The notes under the pieces were generated by a model. That model saw only the letters and a list, made by a program, of their open reading frames with translations. It searched no databases and was not told where the DNA came from. This document shows, piece after piece, positions 11,301 through 25,295 of a stretch of 64,000 bases of DNA. This stretch comes from Eledone cirrhosa (lineage: Eukaryota). The stretch spans positions 168,082,001-168,146,000 of the forward strand of contig OZ024743.1 in NCBI GenBank assembly GCA_964016885.1, in the 5' to 3' direction. The translations under genes were made by a program, and so were the position numbers. Position 1 is the first letter of the stretch. Each line of letters opens with the position of its first letter.

Positions 11301-14300
11301 TCACCCGAATGTGCCAATGTGGACATGGACAAACCGCATCGGGTCATCCAGATCGTATCTAGATAGGGTATTCTGCAGGGAACTAGATAAGGTTAGTATA
11401 GGTTGTCCACAATTTAAAATAGTTGACTACACGGACCACATATTTGTGATCTGTGAGATCGATATAGACAGACTTCATAGACAAGGACCCGGTGACTGGA
11501 AGCTGAACGCGTCTTTCCAAGCTCACAAAGCCGACAGAGACCGCATTAGCGTATTAGTTAAGCGGGCGCTGACGGAACGGTCGTCAACAACAGGTGGTGG
11601 TTTGCCCTGAAAAGGGCAATTAAAGTAGAGTCGATTAGGTTTAGCAAAGGAGTAGTGATAGAGGAAAATATAGTAGAGGGTAAGCTATTCATAAAGCTAG
11701 AAGAGGCGTTTAGGACAGGCATCGCAACCGACGTTCTTGCGGCGAGATTGGCACTCGACCATTTCTTCAACGCAAAAAAAACGAAGGCTGCGTTGTCAGA
11801 GCTAGAGCGCGCTCTGAAACACGAGGGGACAAAAGCCGTCCAATGGGTCCGGGTGGCAGAGGCGCGACATGCCACAAATCGGTTTTGTCTGACCAAAACG
11901 GGCACGTGTTGCTCGAACCCGAACAGATGTTTGAGGCGTTTCAGCTGCACTTTGTTGAACTGTTCGGGAGCAGCGGCGGGCCGTACGGGGTATGGATTTC
12001 AGTGCATACCTCGACGGACTTCCTCGGCTCTCGACGACTGCAGCACAGTGTTGCGAAAATCCAATAACAGCCCGTGAAATACCGGAAGCGATGGCTAACT
12101 GTACGAGGGGTAAATCGCCAGGTTTGGATGGTCTGCCCTACGAGTTTTATGCATTTATGCCAGATTTATTCGGTGACCACTTGGCAGACGTCTATTACAA
12201 CTGCCAGCAGAACGGGAGCATTGCCAGTTTTGTGAGCCGGGGAGCGGTGGCGCTGCTGCGAAAAGACCCGAACAAAGGGGATGTTATCGATAACTCTGCT
12301 AAACGCAGAGTTCAAGATTTTGACCAAGGTGTTAGCAATGAGATTGGCGTTTGTCGTCGAGGATCTGGTGGGAGAGGCGCAGACATGCGCCATTCTGGAT
12401 AGATCCATACACGAAAACCTCCACCTCATGCGATACATCGTAGAGAGGGCGGTTAAGGAACCTGGCACGGGTGGGGCCCTGATCAACTTGGATCAATCCA
12501 AAGCATGGCTGCGGTCCTCGAGGCAGCTGGTTTCGGGCTCGTTTTCAGGGGTTGGATCACTGCGATGTACAGCGACATCTGCTCGGTTGTGAGGGTGAAC
12601 GGTCACCTGGCGCAGCCATTCAGTATCATGCGCTCGGTCCTCCAGGGTTACCCGCTCTCGTCCCTCCTGTACGTATTGGCTCTCGAGCCGTTACTGCACA
12701 AACTGGGGGCGATGAGAGGCCTCCCACACGAACTAGGATGCTGGAAATCCGTGTCGCCTTACGCCGACGACATCACTGTGAAAGTGTCAAGCACCGGACA
12801 CGTTCAGAAGCTCGGCACCGCTCTCAAGGAATACGAAGCGTTGACAGGAGCAAAGATAAACCAGGAAAGGTCGGTGGGCTTGCAGCTCAGCACCTCGAGA
12901 GGCAAGTCCATGCCGTCCTACAGCGTCGTGGGTCGTTGGTCAGACACTGGTTAAATTGCTCTGGGTCTGGTTTGCACCGGAGCTCCAGATGGAGAAAAAC
13001 TGGAGCGAGGTGACCAGCAGGGTTCCCTCCCTCACCCAGAAATGGGCCGAGAGGAAGCTGTCCCTGAAAGGCCAGGCGGAGGTGGCGAATGCGTACATCG
13101 CATCCGTCATCTGCTACCGCCTCGCCATCGTCCCTTGCCTCGGCGCAACTCTCACCAAAATGGAGCGCCTCCTCTTCCGTTTTTTGTGGAAGGGATGCGC
13201 TCTCATTGTCAGACGATCCATCTGCTGTCAACACCCGTTGCGTGGAGGACTGGGCATCCCATGGCTGATGATGCGCAAACATGCGCTGAGGCTGCGACAT
13301 CTCTGGTGCTTCCTTGACGGTGAACAGGTGTGGTTGCCGTTCGCCAGGTACGTTTTCCCACAGCTCGTCTCCTTGACGGAACTGCAGTCCTGGGTCAGGA
13401 AAAGACTGAGGGATAGCGCTTGGAAACTGGATTGTCTCCAGGCGCTCACCGCCCTCTGCCAAGCTGGGCACAAGCATCGGTGGAACATCCACCTCGGCGT
13501 TCTATAGACGACTAGTGGAGTGGAAGATCGACGACGTTCTCGGAGAGATCCTGGGCATCGAAGAAGATCAGCTGATTGCTCTCTTCCGGAATACTTTCAA
13601 TCCAGGGCCTATGGATAACTTGCAGAAATCCCTGGCCTGGCAGTGCTACCGGGGAGCGCTGCCGATTCGAGATATGTTCTACAGGCATGGGAGTGCTGTC
13701 AACCGAGCCTGTCCGAGATGCGTACAGAGCGACGAAACCGTCGTGCACGCAGTCGTTCAGTGCTCGTGCATTGCTGACTTGTGGAGCTATGTGGAACAGT
13801 TGCTGTCGCGTTTAGGACCGATCCGGTTATCGACTGAGTCCATTGTGTAGATTGTCTCGCCGTCCTCCGAGAAGGAAGAGCAGGCGGTTGTCATCTGCCT
13901 GGTGGCCATGGCGAAAGAGATTGTATGGTGGACAGGGTTGAATGGGTTAAAGACAGACACATTCCTCTTCGGCGAATCCCTGATTAACTTTTTCAAGATT
14001 AACTTGAAGAGGAAAATCAGGGTGGAGAGGAAAGTGCTGTCGTCCAGCAAGTTTGTTGAAAGGTGGGTGAATGTTACGAGAATGGTCCGAGTGAACGGGA
14101 CCGCTCTGAATATACGCTTGTAGTTTGAGGAATAGAAACATTGAGACAGCGCGCTTGCCCTGGTGGTCAGGGTGGCCGTGGTCTTTTGTGTGGTTTTCGC
14201 CACGAGTAACCTTCGGAGTTTTCCCCGCTATTGGGGAATTTTTCATTGTTTCAATTTTCATTTTTATTGTTTATATATATATATATGTTTCTATGTCTTT

Positions 14301-14377
14301 TTTCTTTTTCGTTTCTTATATATGTACCGTCTGTAATGTTTTTCTTGATGTCGGCTCTAATGGCCAATAAAGTAATC
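8318..14377 (+). mobile_element. Tx1/L1-clade element, degenerate ORF1 (type A) and frameshifted APE-RT ORF2 with a different 3' UTR
   Basis: Same 5' start (GCTGAATGCCATGG) after (TTA)n. RT motifs KSPGLDGLP, QGYPLS, YADD; CPRC..ETVVHAVVQC. Ends AATAAAGTAATC(ATT)n. Confidence 0.88.
10701..11144 (-). repeat. Inverted duplication of ORF1 segment 9013-9457 inserted into the APE domain of the same element
   Basis: Reverse complement is near-identical to 9013-9457, including its inactivating stops. Translations at 9236 (+) and 10921 (-) match. Confidence 0.9.
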
Positions 14378-14396
14378 ATTATTATTATTATTATTA

Positions 14397-16784
14397 CAGC
14401 TGCATTTATCTTGCTTTATGTTCATACGAGTTATCACCAAGTAACAACCAGTGACCTCAAGAGACAACAAGGTCCGCCATGTTCAAGAAAGAACATACAT
14501 ACACACACATGCATCTTTAGGTGTTTAGACTGTGATGTACTTATATTGACAGAATCTTCCTTAGTATATGGGCAGTTCCCATTAGTACTATCTTTTGTAT
14601 TTCTCCTATACGCGGGTTTCCTGGGATTTGCGATAAGTAATCATTACACTCCTTAGGTATCATTCCTAGAGCGCCCACAACCACTGGTATTGTTTTAGTT
14701 CTCAATTTCCACATTTTTCTAATTTCTATCTCCAGGTCCTTATACTTGCTCAATTTTTCAAATGTTTTTATAGATACATTCTTGTCTATTGGAAAGGACA
14801 TATCAATTAGCAGACATACCCTCTTTTTAAAGTCCTTCACTATTATATCAGATCTATTTGCATCTATTTTTCGGTTTGTTTGGATGCTAAAGTTCCACAA
14901 GATTGAGATGTGATCTTTTTCAAGTATGGGAGGTGGTTGATGCTCCCACCAATTCTTTTGATGGGGCAGGTCAAAATGCTTACACCATATCCAATGTATG
15001 TATTGTGCAGCTCTGTCATTCCCGTTTAGGTATTCGGTTGGAGCTATAGGACTGCACATTGAAATTATATGATCAATGGTCTCTGGTTGTTTTTTTACAT
15101 ACACGGCATAATGGGTTGTATCCATTTCTTATTATGTTGGCTTGGTAATTTTTTGTTGGCAGACACTGATCTTGTGCTGATATAATCAGTCCTTCAGTCT
15201 CCGATTTCAGTCCACAGGATGCCAACCACTGATGGGTTAAAGTTTTGTCAGCATCAGGATTGTTAGCTCGCTCTGGGTATTTTCCATACAGAGGATTTTC
15301 TTGCCATTTCTTAGCCAGTTTCAGTAGCAGTTCTTTCTTTGCAGTTACTTTTACCTGCTTTGCTTTTTCTGTGTTTTCCATTTCAGCAGTACATGGGACT
15401 TCTGAAATTTGTAGTCCATTACTGTATATTTGTACATCTTTTGTAATGGAGTATGATCTTTGATGCTTTCGTGTTTCAAAACGAGTTTGATCATCCAATC
15501 ATGTGATTCTCTTAGATATGTAGATAAACCAATTGTTGCAGTTTTCAACGCAATATCTAACTGGATTAACCCACGTCCTCCTACTTTCCTAGGGAGATAT
15601 ATTCGATCTATATCTGCCTTAGGGTGATGCATTCTGTTCATGGTTAAGAATTTTCTAATTTTTGTATTGAGCCTACGGATCTCTGTGCTTGACCAGTTGA
15701 TGACATTGTAACTGTAGGTTACTACTGGTTTGACAAGCGTGTTTATGGCATCGATCCAAATACTTGCATTCAATTACGTTTTTAAGATTGCTCTTACTCT
15801 GCGGTAACATTCCTTCTTTATCCTTTCCCTGAGTGTCGAGCGCTTGATTCCGTCTCCTTCACAAACACCTAGATATTTGTAAGTTTCCTCTTGATCAAGT
15901 TCTTTTATCACATTCCACCGATCAAGATTAATGTCTGAACTTTTCAGCAGCTTTCTTCTGGTGAACGTTGCTTTGGCGCATTTATCTAGTCCAAACTCCA
16001 TTTTAATGTCATCACTGAATTGCTCCACAGTGGATAATAGCCCTTGCAACTGTTCATCATTTTTTGCAAATAGTTTCAGGTCATCCATGTAGAACAAGTG
16101 ATTAATGGTTTTGTTATATCCATGTTTTGTTTCATTGAGCATTTTACTTAATGGTATAAGTGCGATGCAGAATAAAAGCGGTGATAAAGAGTAACCCTGA
16201 AAAATTCCACAATTAATATTAACTTCTCCAGCTTCCAGTGATTTTTTTTCACTATTCAAAAGGAGTGTCGTTTTCCACGTCTTCATACTGAATGACAAGA
16301 ACCTCCTGACAACGGCAGATATTTTGAAAATCTCTAAACATTTTTCAATCCAACTGTGTGGCAAACTATCGAATGCTTTTTTTTATAATCTATCAATTGA
16401 TTGATAGATTTTTGCGTCTATTATGACAATCTTCCAGTAGCATTTTGTTAACCAAAAGCTCATCCTTACTGCCATATGAGCCTTGTTTACACCCTTTCTG
16501 TTCATCGGGAAATAGGTCATTTGTTATCAGGTGGTCATATGTATATTTAGTTAGGACTGATGTTAACATTTTATACATTGTAGTCAAGCAAGTTATCGGT
16601 CTGTAATTTTTGGGATTGTTTGTCTCATCATTCTTCGGAAGCAGGAATGTAATGCCGTTAACTAGCCATGATGGTATCTTTTCTGGCTCCTTAACTATTT
16701 CATTGAAAAGTTGGGCTAACAGCTCATGAGATTCTGTGAAGGCATTTATCCAAAAATTTGGTATTTTGTATTTTCCTGGGGATT
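14397..16784 (-). mobile_element. R4/Dong-like family A, 5'-truncated copy with RT and RLE, frameshifted
   Basis: GIFQGYSLSPLLF, HLFYMDDLKL, YKYLG, RLE C-terminus ending KILSI*. (TTA)n on both sides. Confidence 0.92.
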
Positions 16785-16804
16785 TTATTATTATTATTAT
16801 TATT

Positions 16805-19800
16805 GGCGACCTACGTAGTAAATCGTATTATCGTGAGCTCCGCAAAGGTTTGTTATTTTCAGTTGTTTAAAATTCTCATTTATGGAACATTTTTATTGTT
16901 AACTGTATATAAGTGCACATACATTGTTATCTGAAAAGGACACCCAAAAAGATTGGGGCCTTGAGCCCAAAATTTAAACTTTTATAATTATCGACTCTGA
17001 GTCACACCTTCCTCACAAACTAACACCTCACACCGACACCACCATTGTAAATATTACTACGTTTGCCCAACACTAAAAATATAAGCAGTAGCAATATTTT
17101 AAATTTGTCTGAAGCAGACATTCATTTCCCGCCATTACCAATGACTGCAGGTGTTAACGCCGGCACCCCACCACCACCACAGTGACAACAGAAACAAAAG
17201 AAAAAAATAAATTAACTCGTGATATCGAAATGAATTCAACCAAAATGAACTCTTCCACACCCAAGACCACTTACGCCACCACCACCAAAACTGAAACTAA
17301 AATTAACAATAACAAAAAATAACGATAACAACAACAGCGACAATGAAATTAAGAAAACCACCCTGAGTTTTGCCAGAGTAGCAAAACAGTGCGAAGCATT
17401 TCAGGTAACTCGGGAGGAAATAGAAGAAGCCAAAAAATGGTAAAGGAAGATGGGTACAGGGTCAGCCACATCCCCCCCCCCCACCTAATAAAATGGAGCA
17501 TCGGCGCCTATGCACGTGTCTTAACGGACGATTAACATAAAATCGCGCCGAGTGGAACGGGCATCCGAGTCCTAAATACAAAAAACTTTGGGATATGTGT
17601 GGGCAAAAAAACCCCACATCAGACGTGGGCAGAAATATGGAACCGTGGACGTGTTCTTTAAAACACCACAGGAGGCTAGAGAACACTCCATGGCCCCATT
17701 AAGAAGTGACGACTTCACACTCGTCCCAAGCTATTGTGGCCAGAGACTCCTGAAGATCAGGGTGACCCACGTTCCACCGGCCATCGAAATTCCCTGGCTA
17801 ATAGCTTCCGTCCTCGCCGGCATCGAAGCCAACACCAAGATAATCGAAATAGCGAAAGAAAAGCAGGAGAACTGGTCCGGATCTGGGATGGAGCTCCTGA
17901 TCCAAGCGGACCAAAAAAGCATTGAGGAGATCCCAGAGGTAATAGACCTCACTGACGACAGCCACCTCACCGTAATCGTCGAGGGCAGAAGGCCTAGGAG
18001 TGTGGTTAGTGGTGAAGGAAACCACTTAAGGGCTTTCTGCCCTCAGGCTAAAAGGTTGAGGCCACCTCTCTTACCCACCCCGCTGACTCAACCATTAACA
18101 CCACCAGCAGCAGAAATGGCAGCAACAACTGTAGCAGCAACAACAGAAGCAATTGTAAAAGCAACAACGCCAGCAACAGTAACAAAACCAACACCACCAC
18201 CACAAAACGCGCCAGAACTAGCACCAGCGCCTACACCATCCACCACGCCACAACCAAAAACCAACGCCTGTGGAGGATTTTCCAAACCCCGACCTATCAC
18301 AACTGGAGACAGATTGTGACAACGAGGAATGGGAAGCGGTATCAGAAAAAAAAAGAAAAAAAGAAAAAGAAACCAAAAAAGAAAAAAATCCGCTTCCTTC
18401 CCCCTCCAAAAATAAAATACAGAGGGAAACAAATAAACTATCAAACAAAAAAGTTAGGACAGCTATGCCACCATCCACACCAGCATCAACAACCCCATCA
18501 CCACAAACACCAACACCATCACCATCATTAACCCCAACACCACAAAAGTCACCAAAAAGCGAAACAGAAACAAACCCACAACAAACGCAAACAAAACAAA
18601 ACAACGAAAACGATACACACTACACAGCATTAAATTTGAACAACAAGCAATTATTACACTCCATCCAACACAACACCAGCATCACAGAAAAAGACTACAC
18701 AACAACCCAAAAGTCCACACCACCTCCACACATACAAATCATTCGCATCACACAGAAAACGTACACGACACTAAAACAATAATTCCCCAAAGACATCGGA
18801 GACTTCCGACAAGCACTCTCCAGGAGGATTTATAAGGACATCCTTCCTGAGGAGGACACAAGCAGAAGTAAGGTAAGTGGTCTTTCCCATCTTTTACCAC
18901 TCCATTTCAACATGACCTCACTCAGAATAGGCAGCATAAATGCGCGTGGCTTGGGGTCGTCATGGAAGCAGGGCCACCTGCTCACCGACCTCAGTTCACT
19001 AAACATATATGTAGTGGCCATCAGCGAGACCAGAATCTCCGAAGCACGGGCCTTCGCACCGATCTTCGGCGGCTACGATGTGTACGCATCTCCCAGCCGT
19101 GCTGGATCGGGGGGAGGAGTTGCTGTGCTTTTCGGAGAGGTTTGGATCTCGCCATACGAGCCATCTTCCTGGACCCAGAAGGTAAGTTGGTGGTGCTGGA
19201 CCTGACCAGCGGAGACGGACAAGCTTTCAGGCTAGTGGCCATCTATGCCCCGACAGGAGCAGGGCGGCCTGATTTCTTCCGGCGTCCGGAGAACTTTCTT
19301 GGAAGGTCACGCTCTTTAGTGTTAGTGGGCGACTGGAACGGGATCTTAGATGCACGCTGGGACTGTGTGGGATTAGCGGATAGGGGAGGAGGGTGCAAGA
19401 GCCACACCAACCTGCTCAGGCGTTTTGAACTGTCTGACAGGTACTGATTGGATTTCTCTCAACAACAAGTGGTGGTTTGCTCTGAAAAGAGCGATTAGAA
19501 TAGAGTCCATTAGATTTAGTAAGGCTTTAGCAATAGAGAAAAATAGAGCAGAGGGAGAACTAGTAAGAAAATTAAACGAGGCGCTTAAGCAAACGTATCG
19601 CGACCGACGTACTTGCGGCGAAATTGGCCCTTGGCCAATTCTTCAATGCAAAGCACGAAGGCTGCGTTGTCAGAGCTAGGGTGCGTGCTCTCAGACACGA
19701 GTGGACGAAAGCCGTTGAATGGGCCCGAGTGGCGGAGGCGCGTCGTGGCAACAAAGCCACGATCCGGTCTTTGGTGGACCACGACGGGCGCATGCTACTC

Positions 19801-22284
19801 GATCCCGGGCAAATGTGTGAAGCTTTCCAGCGACACTTCGCACAACTATTCGGAGGCAGCGGCGGGCCGGATCGAGGGATAGACTTTAGTGTCTACCTCG
19901 ATGGACTGCCGCGGCTCTCGGCCACTGAGACGGAGCGTTGCGAAAAGCCAATAACAGCCGCTGAAGTACGGGAGGCAATGACTGGTTGCACAAGGGGTAA
20001 ATCGCTTGGTTTGGATGGTCATCTGCCCTATGAACTTTACGTACAGATGCCAGTTTTGTTCGGAGGCCTCTTGGCGGACGTTTACTGCAACTGGCAACAG
20101 AATGGGAGAATTTCCAGCTCTGTGAGCCGAGGAGCTGTGGCGCTGCTGAGAAAGGATCCGAACAAGGGGGTTAACATAGATAATTTCAGGCCCATAACTG
20201 CTAAACACAAAGTTCAAGATTTTGGCCAAGGTGCTAGCAAAGAGGTTGGTGCTTGTCGTTGGTGTTCTGGTGGGAGAGGCACATACATGCGCCATTCCCG
20301 ACAGATCCATCCACGACAACCTCCACCTCATGCGATACATTGTAGAGAGGGTAGCTAGTGAACCTGGCACAGGTGGGTCCTTGATCAATTTAGATCAGTC
20401 GAAAGTTTTCGATAGGGTCGACCATCGTTACCTAGCGGCAGTCCTGAGGGCGGCTGGTTTTTGGCCCGTCTTCAGAGGCTGGATCGCTGCCATGCACAGC
20501 GACATCTGCTCTCTGGTGAGAGTGAACGGTCACCTTTCGGAACCGTTCAACATCATGCGCTCGGTCCGCCAAGGATGTCCACTCTCGTCCCTCTTGTACG
20601 TATTGACTCTCGAGCCATTACTGCACAAACTGGAGACGTTGATGGGGGTCGCGCGCGAACTAGGATGCGGAAGATCCGTGTCATCATATGCGGACGATGT
20701 CACCGTAGTGGTGTCGAACGCCAAACACATCGAGGCGATCGGCACTACACTAAGAGAATACGAAGCGGTGACAGGAGCAATGATCAACCAGGAAAAGTCA
20801 GTGGGCCTGCAGCACGGCACCTGGAGAGGCAGTTCCATGCCGTCCAACAGCGTTGTCGGGCGATGGACGGACGGGCCCGTTAAATTGCTAGGGGTCTGGT
20901 TCGGTCAGGACCTCCAGACGTACAAAAACTGGGACGAGGTGAGGAGCAGGGTGGCTTCTCTCACCCAGAAATGGGCGGAGAGGAAGCTATCCCTGAAAGG
21001 TCGAGCGGAGGTGGCTAACGCGTACATCGCGTCCGTCATCTACTACCGCCTGACCGTCGTACCTTGTCCTAAGCCCCGCCTGACTGCGCTGGAGCGTTTG
21101 CTCTTTCGCTTTTTGTGGAAGGGACGCGCTCCGATGGTCAGGCGGTCCATCTGCTGTCAACACCCGCTACGTGGAGGGCTGGCCATGCCGTGGCTGATGA
21201 TGCGCAGACATGCGCTCAGGCTACGACATATCCACCTCTTCCTCGACGGTGATCAGGTGTGGTCGCCGTTTGCTAGACACGTCTTTCCCCAGCTCGTCTC
21301 CTTGACGGAGCTGCAGTCCTGGGTCAAGCGGAGACCGAGAGGGAGCGCTTGGAGACTGGAATGTCATCAGGCGCTCACAGCCCTCGACCAATCGGGCAAT
21401 GTGATCGGTGGAAACTCCACCTTGGCGTTTTATAGAGGATTAGTGGAGAGGAAAGCGACGACGAACTTGGCGTCGACGAAAATCAACTAACCAATCTCTT
21501 CGGAAGGACTTTGGGGCCGGGGTCTATGGACAACTTCCAGAAATCCCTGGCCTGGCAGTGCTACCGAAAGAGCTTTGCCAGTTCGGGATACATTTACAGG
21601 CATGGAGGTGCCGTCAGCCGGGCACGTCCGAGATGCGCGCAGGGCGACGAAACCGTTCTGCACGCACTCGTCCAGTGTCGGAGCATTGCTGACTTGTGGG
21701 TTTATTTCGAACACCTACTGTCGCGTGTAGGACGGATCCAGTTATCAGCTGAGTCCATCGTGAGGATTGCCCCGCCCTCTTCCTCTAGCTGGGAAGGGCA
21801 GGAAGCTTTTATGTCTGGTGGTCATGGCGAAAGAAATAGTATGGTGGAGACGTTTGAAAGGGCTGACGACGAGCACTTACCTCTTCGGTGATGCCCTGAT
21901 TATCCTTTTTCCAATTTCATTTGAAAATGAAAATCAGGGTAGAGAGGGAAGTGCTCTCTTCCCAGCATTTTGTTGAAAGATGGGTGAGAGAAGCAAGTAT
22001 GGCCCGAGTGAATGGGCCTACTCTGAGTATGTGTCTGTAAATTAAAGGTGGAAAACTGGGAGAGGGCACTTGCCCTGGGGGCCAGGGTCACTGTGGCCTT
22101 TTAATGGGCTTTCTGCACAAATGTCTCTCGGAAGTCTACCCCCTATTGGGGAATTTTTCATTGTTATTTTTTATTACATCCTCTGTTTTTTTTACACGCA
22201 GAAATGCCCATTTGTACCGTCCTGTATTGTCCTGCACTGTCCCTAATGTCTACTTTATGTAAACCCTTGTGGTTAATAAAGAAA

Positions 22285-22286
<2 letters not shown>
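16805..22286 (+). mobile_element. Tx1/L1-clade element, near full length, with divergent ORF1 (type B) and APE-RT ORF2
   Basis: Starts right after (TTA)n. ORF1 is homologous to but diverged from 4545 (HIRRGQKYGTVDV, LVPSYCGQ). ORF2 18912-22040 has GDWN, DQSKVFDRV, QGCPLS, YADD. The 3' end matches 8278. Confidence 0.92.
18912..22040 (+). pseudogene. Tx1 ORF2 (APE endonuclease and reverse transcriptase), several frameshifts and an internal deletion near 19455
   Basis: ORF fragments 18912, 18962, 19624, 20222 and 21511 join into an APE-RT-Cys-rich protein. Confidence 0.9.
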
Positions 22287-22319
<33 letters not shown>

Positions 22320-22328
22320 GTTGTTATT

Positions 22329-23932
22329 CCTTGAATCTCAGTCATTGATGTTGGTTAACTGGAAAGTCCGTTGGATTGAATATCAAGCCACTACCTGCAG
22401 CCTCAGATATTCAGGACGTATCGGAGGGTTCTTGCTGTTCCAAGCAAGCATGCCTTTTGAAGCGTTCCAAAAAGCGTGAAGGGGCCGATTTTCTTTAACC
22501 ATCCCTGGAAACTTTTGGAGATAGTCCCCAGTGCGCCTATGACAATCGGGATCACTTTGACTTCATGGCAGTTCCAAATCCTTTTTACCTCCCACTTTAG
22601 GTCCTGGTATCGGTTAATTTTCTCCCTCTCCTTCTCTTGCACTCTCGTGTCGAACGGGCAGGCCACATGCACAATCAGACACGATCTTTTTTCTTTGTCC
22701 ACAACCACCAGGTCAGGTCTATTGTGTTCCAGTTTTTTGTCCGTCTGTATCCTAAAATCCCACAGCACCTTCACCTGATTGTTCTCCATCACCGCCTCTG
22801 GCCTATGCTCATACCATTTCTCAGAATGTGGTAAATTGTTTACTTTGCACAGGTGCCAGTGGATCACCCTGCCCATCACATCGTGTCTCCAGCCCTTATA
22901 GTGGGTCTGGGCTAGGTGTTTACACTCGGACACAATGTGAGCCACAGTCTCCTCTCTCTCTCCACAGATCCTGCACAGTGGGCTAGCCTCCTCCTTGTAG
23001 ATATGGTGCTTCAACCACTTCGTTTTGAGGACCTGCTCCTGCGCAGCCATTAGCATTCCTTCTGTAGCCTTTTTGAGGTCTCCTCTTCTCAACCAGTTCC
23101 ATGTCTGTGGATCTCTAAATTCAGTTTTCTCAAAGAAGGTACTATGAAGGGATTTTCCCTTAAGGCTGCTCTTCCTCCTTGATGTTATTTCCTCCTTGGA
23201 CATCCCCTGGCCTACTGTCCCCTCCTTCAGTACAGTTCTGAGCATTGGCTCCTTACTATAGGTCACGTATTTGTATAGGTTGTTTTTCTCCATCTGAACA
23301 CAGTCCTCTATGCTGATAAGACCTCTTCCACCCTCAGATCTCCTTAGGTAGAGTCTATCGACATCACTCCTCTTGTGAAACATGATGTAGATAGTCAATA
23401 GCTTCCTAGTCTTCCTATCCATTTCTTTTTGTTCAGCAACATTCCATCTCAGAATTCCCGCACTGTACCTAATAATAGACACAGCTCGGGAATTTACTGC
23501 GCTTATGGCATTTCTGCTGTTCAGATGTGACTTCAATACGCTCCTTACTCTTCGAATGTATTCAGTTCTTAACAATTCCTTCATTTTTTTGTTCTTTATG
23601 CCATCAGCCTCCAGAACGCCCAAATACTTGTATCCTTCCTCAGAGTCAATTTCCTTTATCATCTCACCTGTTGGTATCTGGATCCCGCTACTTCTGCTCA
23701 ACCTACCCCTCTTCATCACAATGACTCCACATTTACCAATACCAAACTGCATACATATATCACTGCTGAAAATACGGACAGTGTCAACAAGCACATCCAA
23801 CTCCTTCTCACTTTTCCCGAAGAGCTTAAGATTGTCCATGAAGAGGAGGTGATTGATGGTAAGCCCTCCCCTTCCCAACTTGTATCCTGCTCTCACTTTT
23901 CGCAGCATAATGGTCAAGGACAAACAACAACC
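22329..23932 (-). mobile_element. R4/Dong-like family B, 5'-truncated (RT C-half, CCHC finger, RLE)
   Basis: ORF 22403..23923, 506 aa: HLLFMDN (catalytic D mutated), YKYLG, CRIC..HIVSEC, RHD, RPDLVV..ACPFD..K..RY. (TTA)n flanks. Confidence 0.92.
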
Positions 23933-24017
<85 letters not shown>

Positions 24018-24024
24018 CATTATT

Positions 24025-25293
24025 CTTTGTAGCCTCAGTCATTGATGTTATTTAACTGGAAAGTTTGTTGAAATGAATATCAAGCCGCTACCTGATGCCT
24101 AAGATATTCAGGACGTATCGTTCTTGCTGTTCCCAGCAAGCATGCCTTTTTAAGTGTTCCAAAAAGCGGGGCTGGACTAATTTTCTTTACCCATCCTTGG
24201 AAACTCTTTGAGATAGTACCTAGTGCGCCTATGACAATCGGGACGACTCTGACTTCATGGCAGTTCCTAATCCTTTTTACCTCCCACTTTAAGTCCTGGT
24301 ATCGGTCAATTTTCTCCCTCTCCTTCTCTTGCACTCTCGTGTCAAATGGGCAGGCTACATCTACAATCAAGCACGATCTTTTTTCCTTGTCCAAAACCAC
24401 AAGGTCAGGCCTATTGTGTTCTAATTTCTTGTCCGTCTGTATTCTGAAATCCCATAGCACCTTCACCTGATCGTTTTCTATCACCGACTCTGGCTTATGC
24501 TCATACCACTTCTCAGAATGTGGTAAATTGTATACTTTGCATAGGTGCCAGTGGATCACCCTGCCCATCACATCATGTCTCCAGCCTTTATGGTGAGTCA
24601 GGGCTAGGTGTTTACACTACCAAATTCCATTCATATATCATTGCTGAAAATACGAACAATTTAAGGTCGTCGATGAAGAGGAGGTGGTTAATAGTTAGCT
24701 CTCCTTTTCCCAACTTGTATCCTGCTCTTACTTTTCGCAATATATTGGTCAGGGGTATCAGGGCAAGGAGAAACAGCAGAGGGGACAAACTATTTCCCTA
24801 GAAGATACCTCTCTTGATTCTTAACGCCTCCCAGGGATTCTTCACCCCATGTTATCTCGGTTTTCCAGGACTTCATATTTTTGCTCTGATGTTATCTGCT
24901 ACCTTGAAGATCTCTAGGCTTTTGGTTATCCAAGAATGAGGTACCATGTCGAATGCCTTTTTGTAATCTATCCAGCCCATGGAAAGACCAGTGTGTCTCC
25001 TATTGCAATTCACCATTACCATCTTATCAATAAGTAACTGGTCTTTTGTACCAAGGGACATCTTTCGGCATCCTTTCTGTTAGTCCGGAAACATGTTGTT
25101 TATGTGGAGGTGATAGTAGATTTCGTCAGACACAATGCTTGTTAACAGTTTCCCCATTACGGGCAGACATGTGATAGATCTATAGTTGGTAACCTCATTA
25201 CCCTTGATTCGGTCTTACATTACCAGAACTGTGGTACCTTTTGTCAACCACTCTGGTACTTCATCCGACAACAAGCAGCCATTGAATTGATTT
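24025..25293 (-). mobile_element. R4/Dong-like family B copy with internal deletions
   Basis: RLE ORF 24080..24571 plus RT pieces ([11 protein letters not shown]). The 3' end abuts (TTA)n 23933-24024. Confidence 0.88.
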
Positions 25294-25295
25294 CC

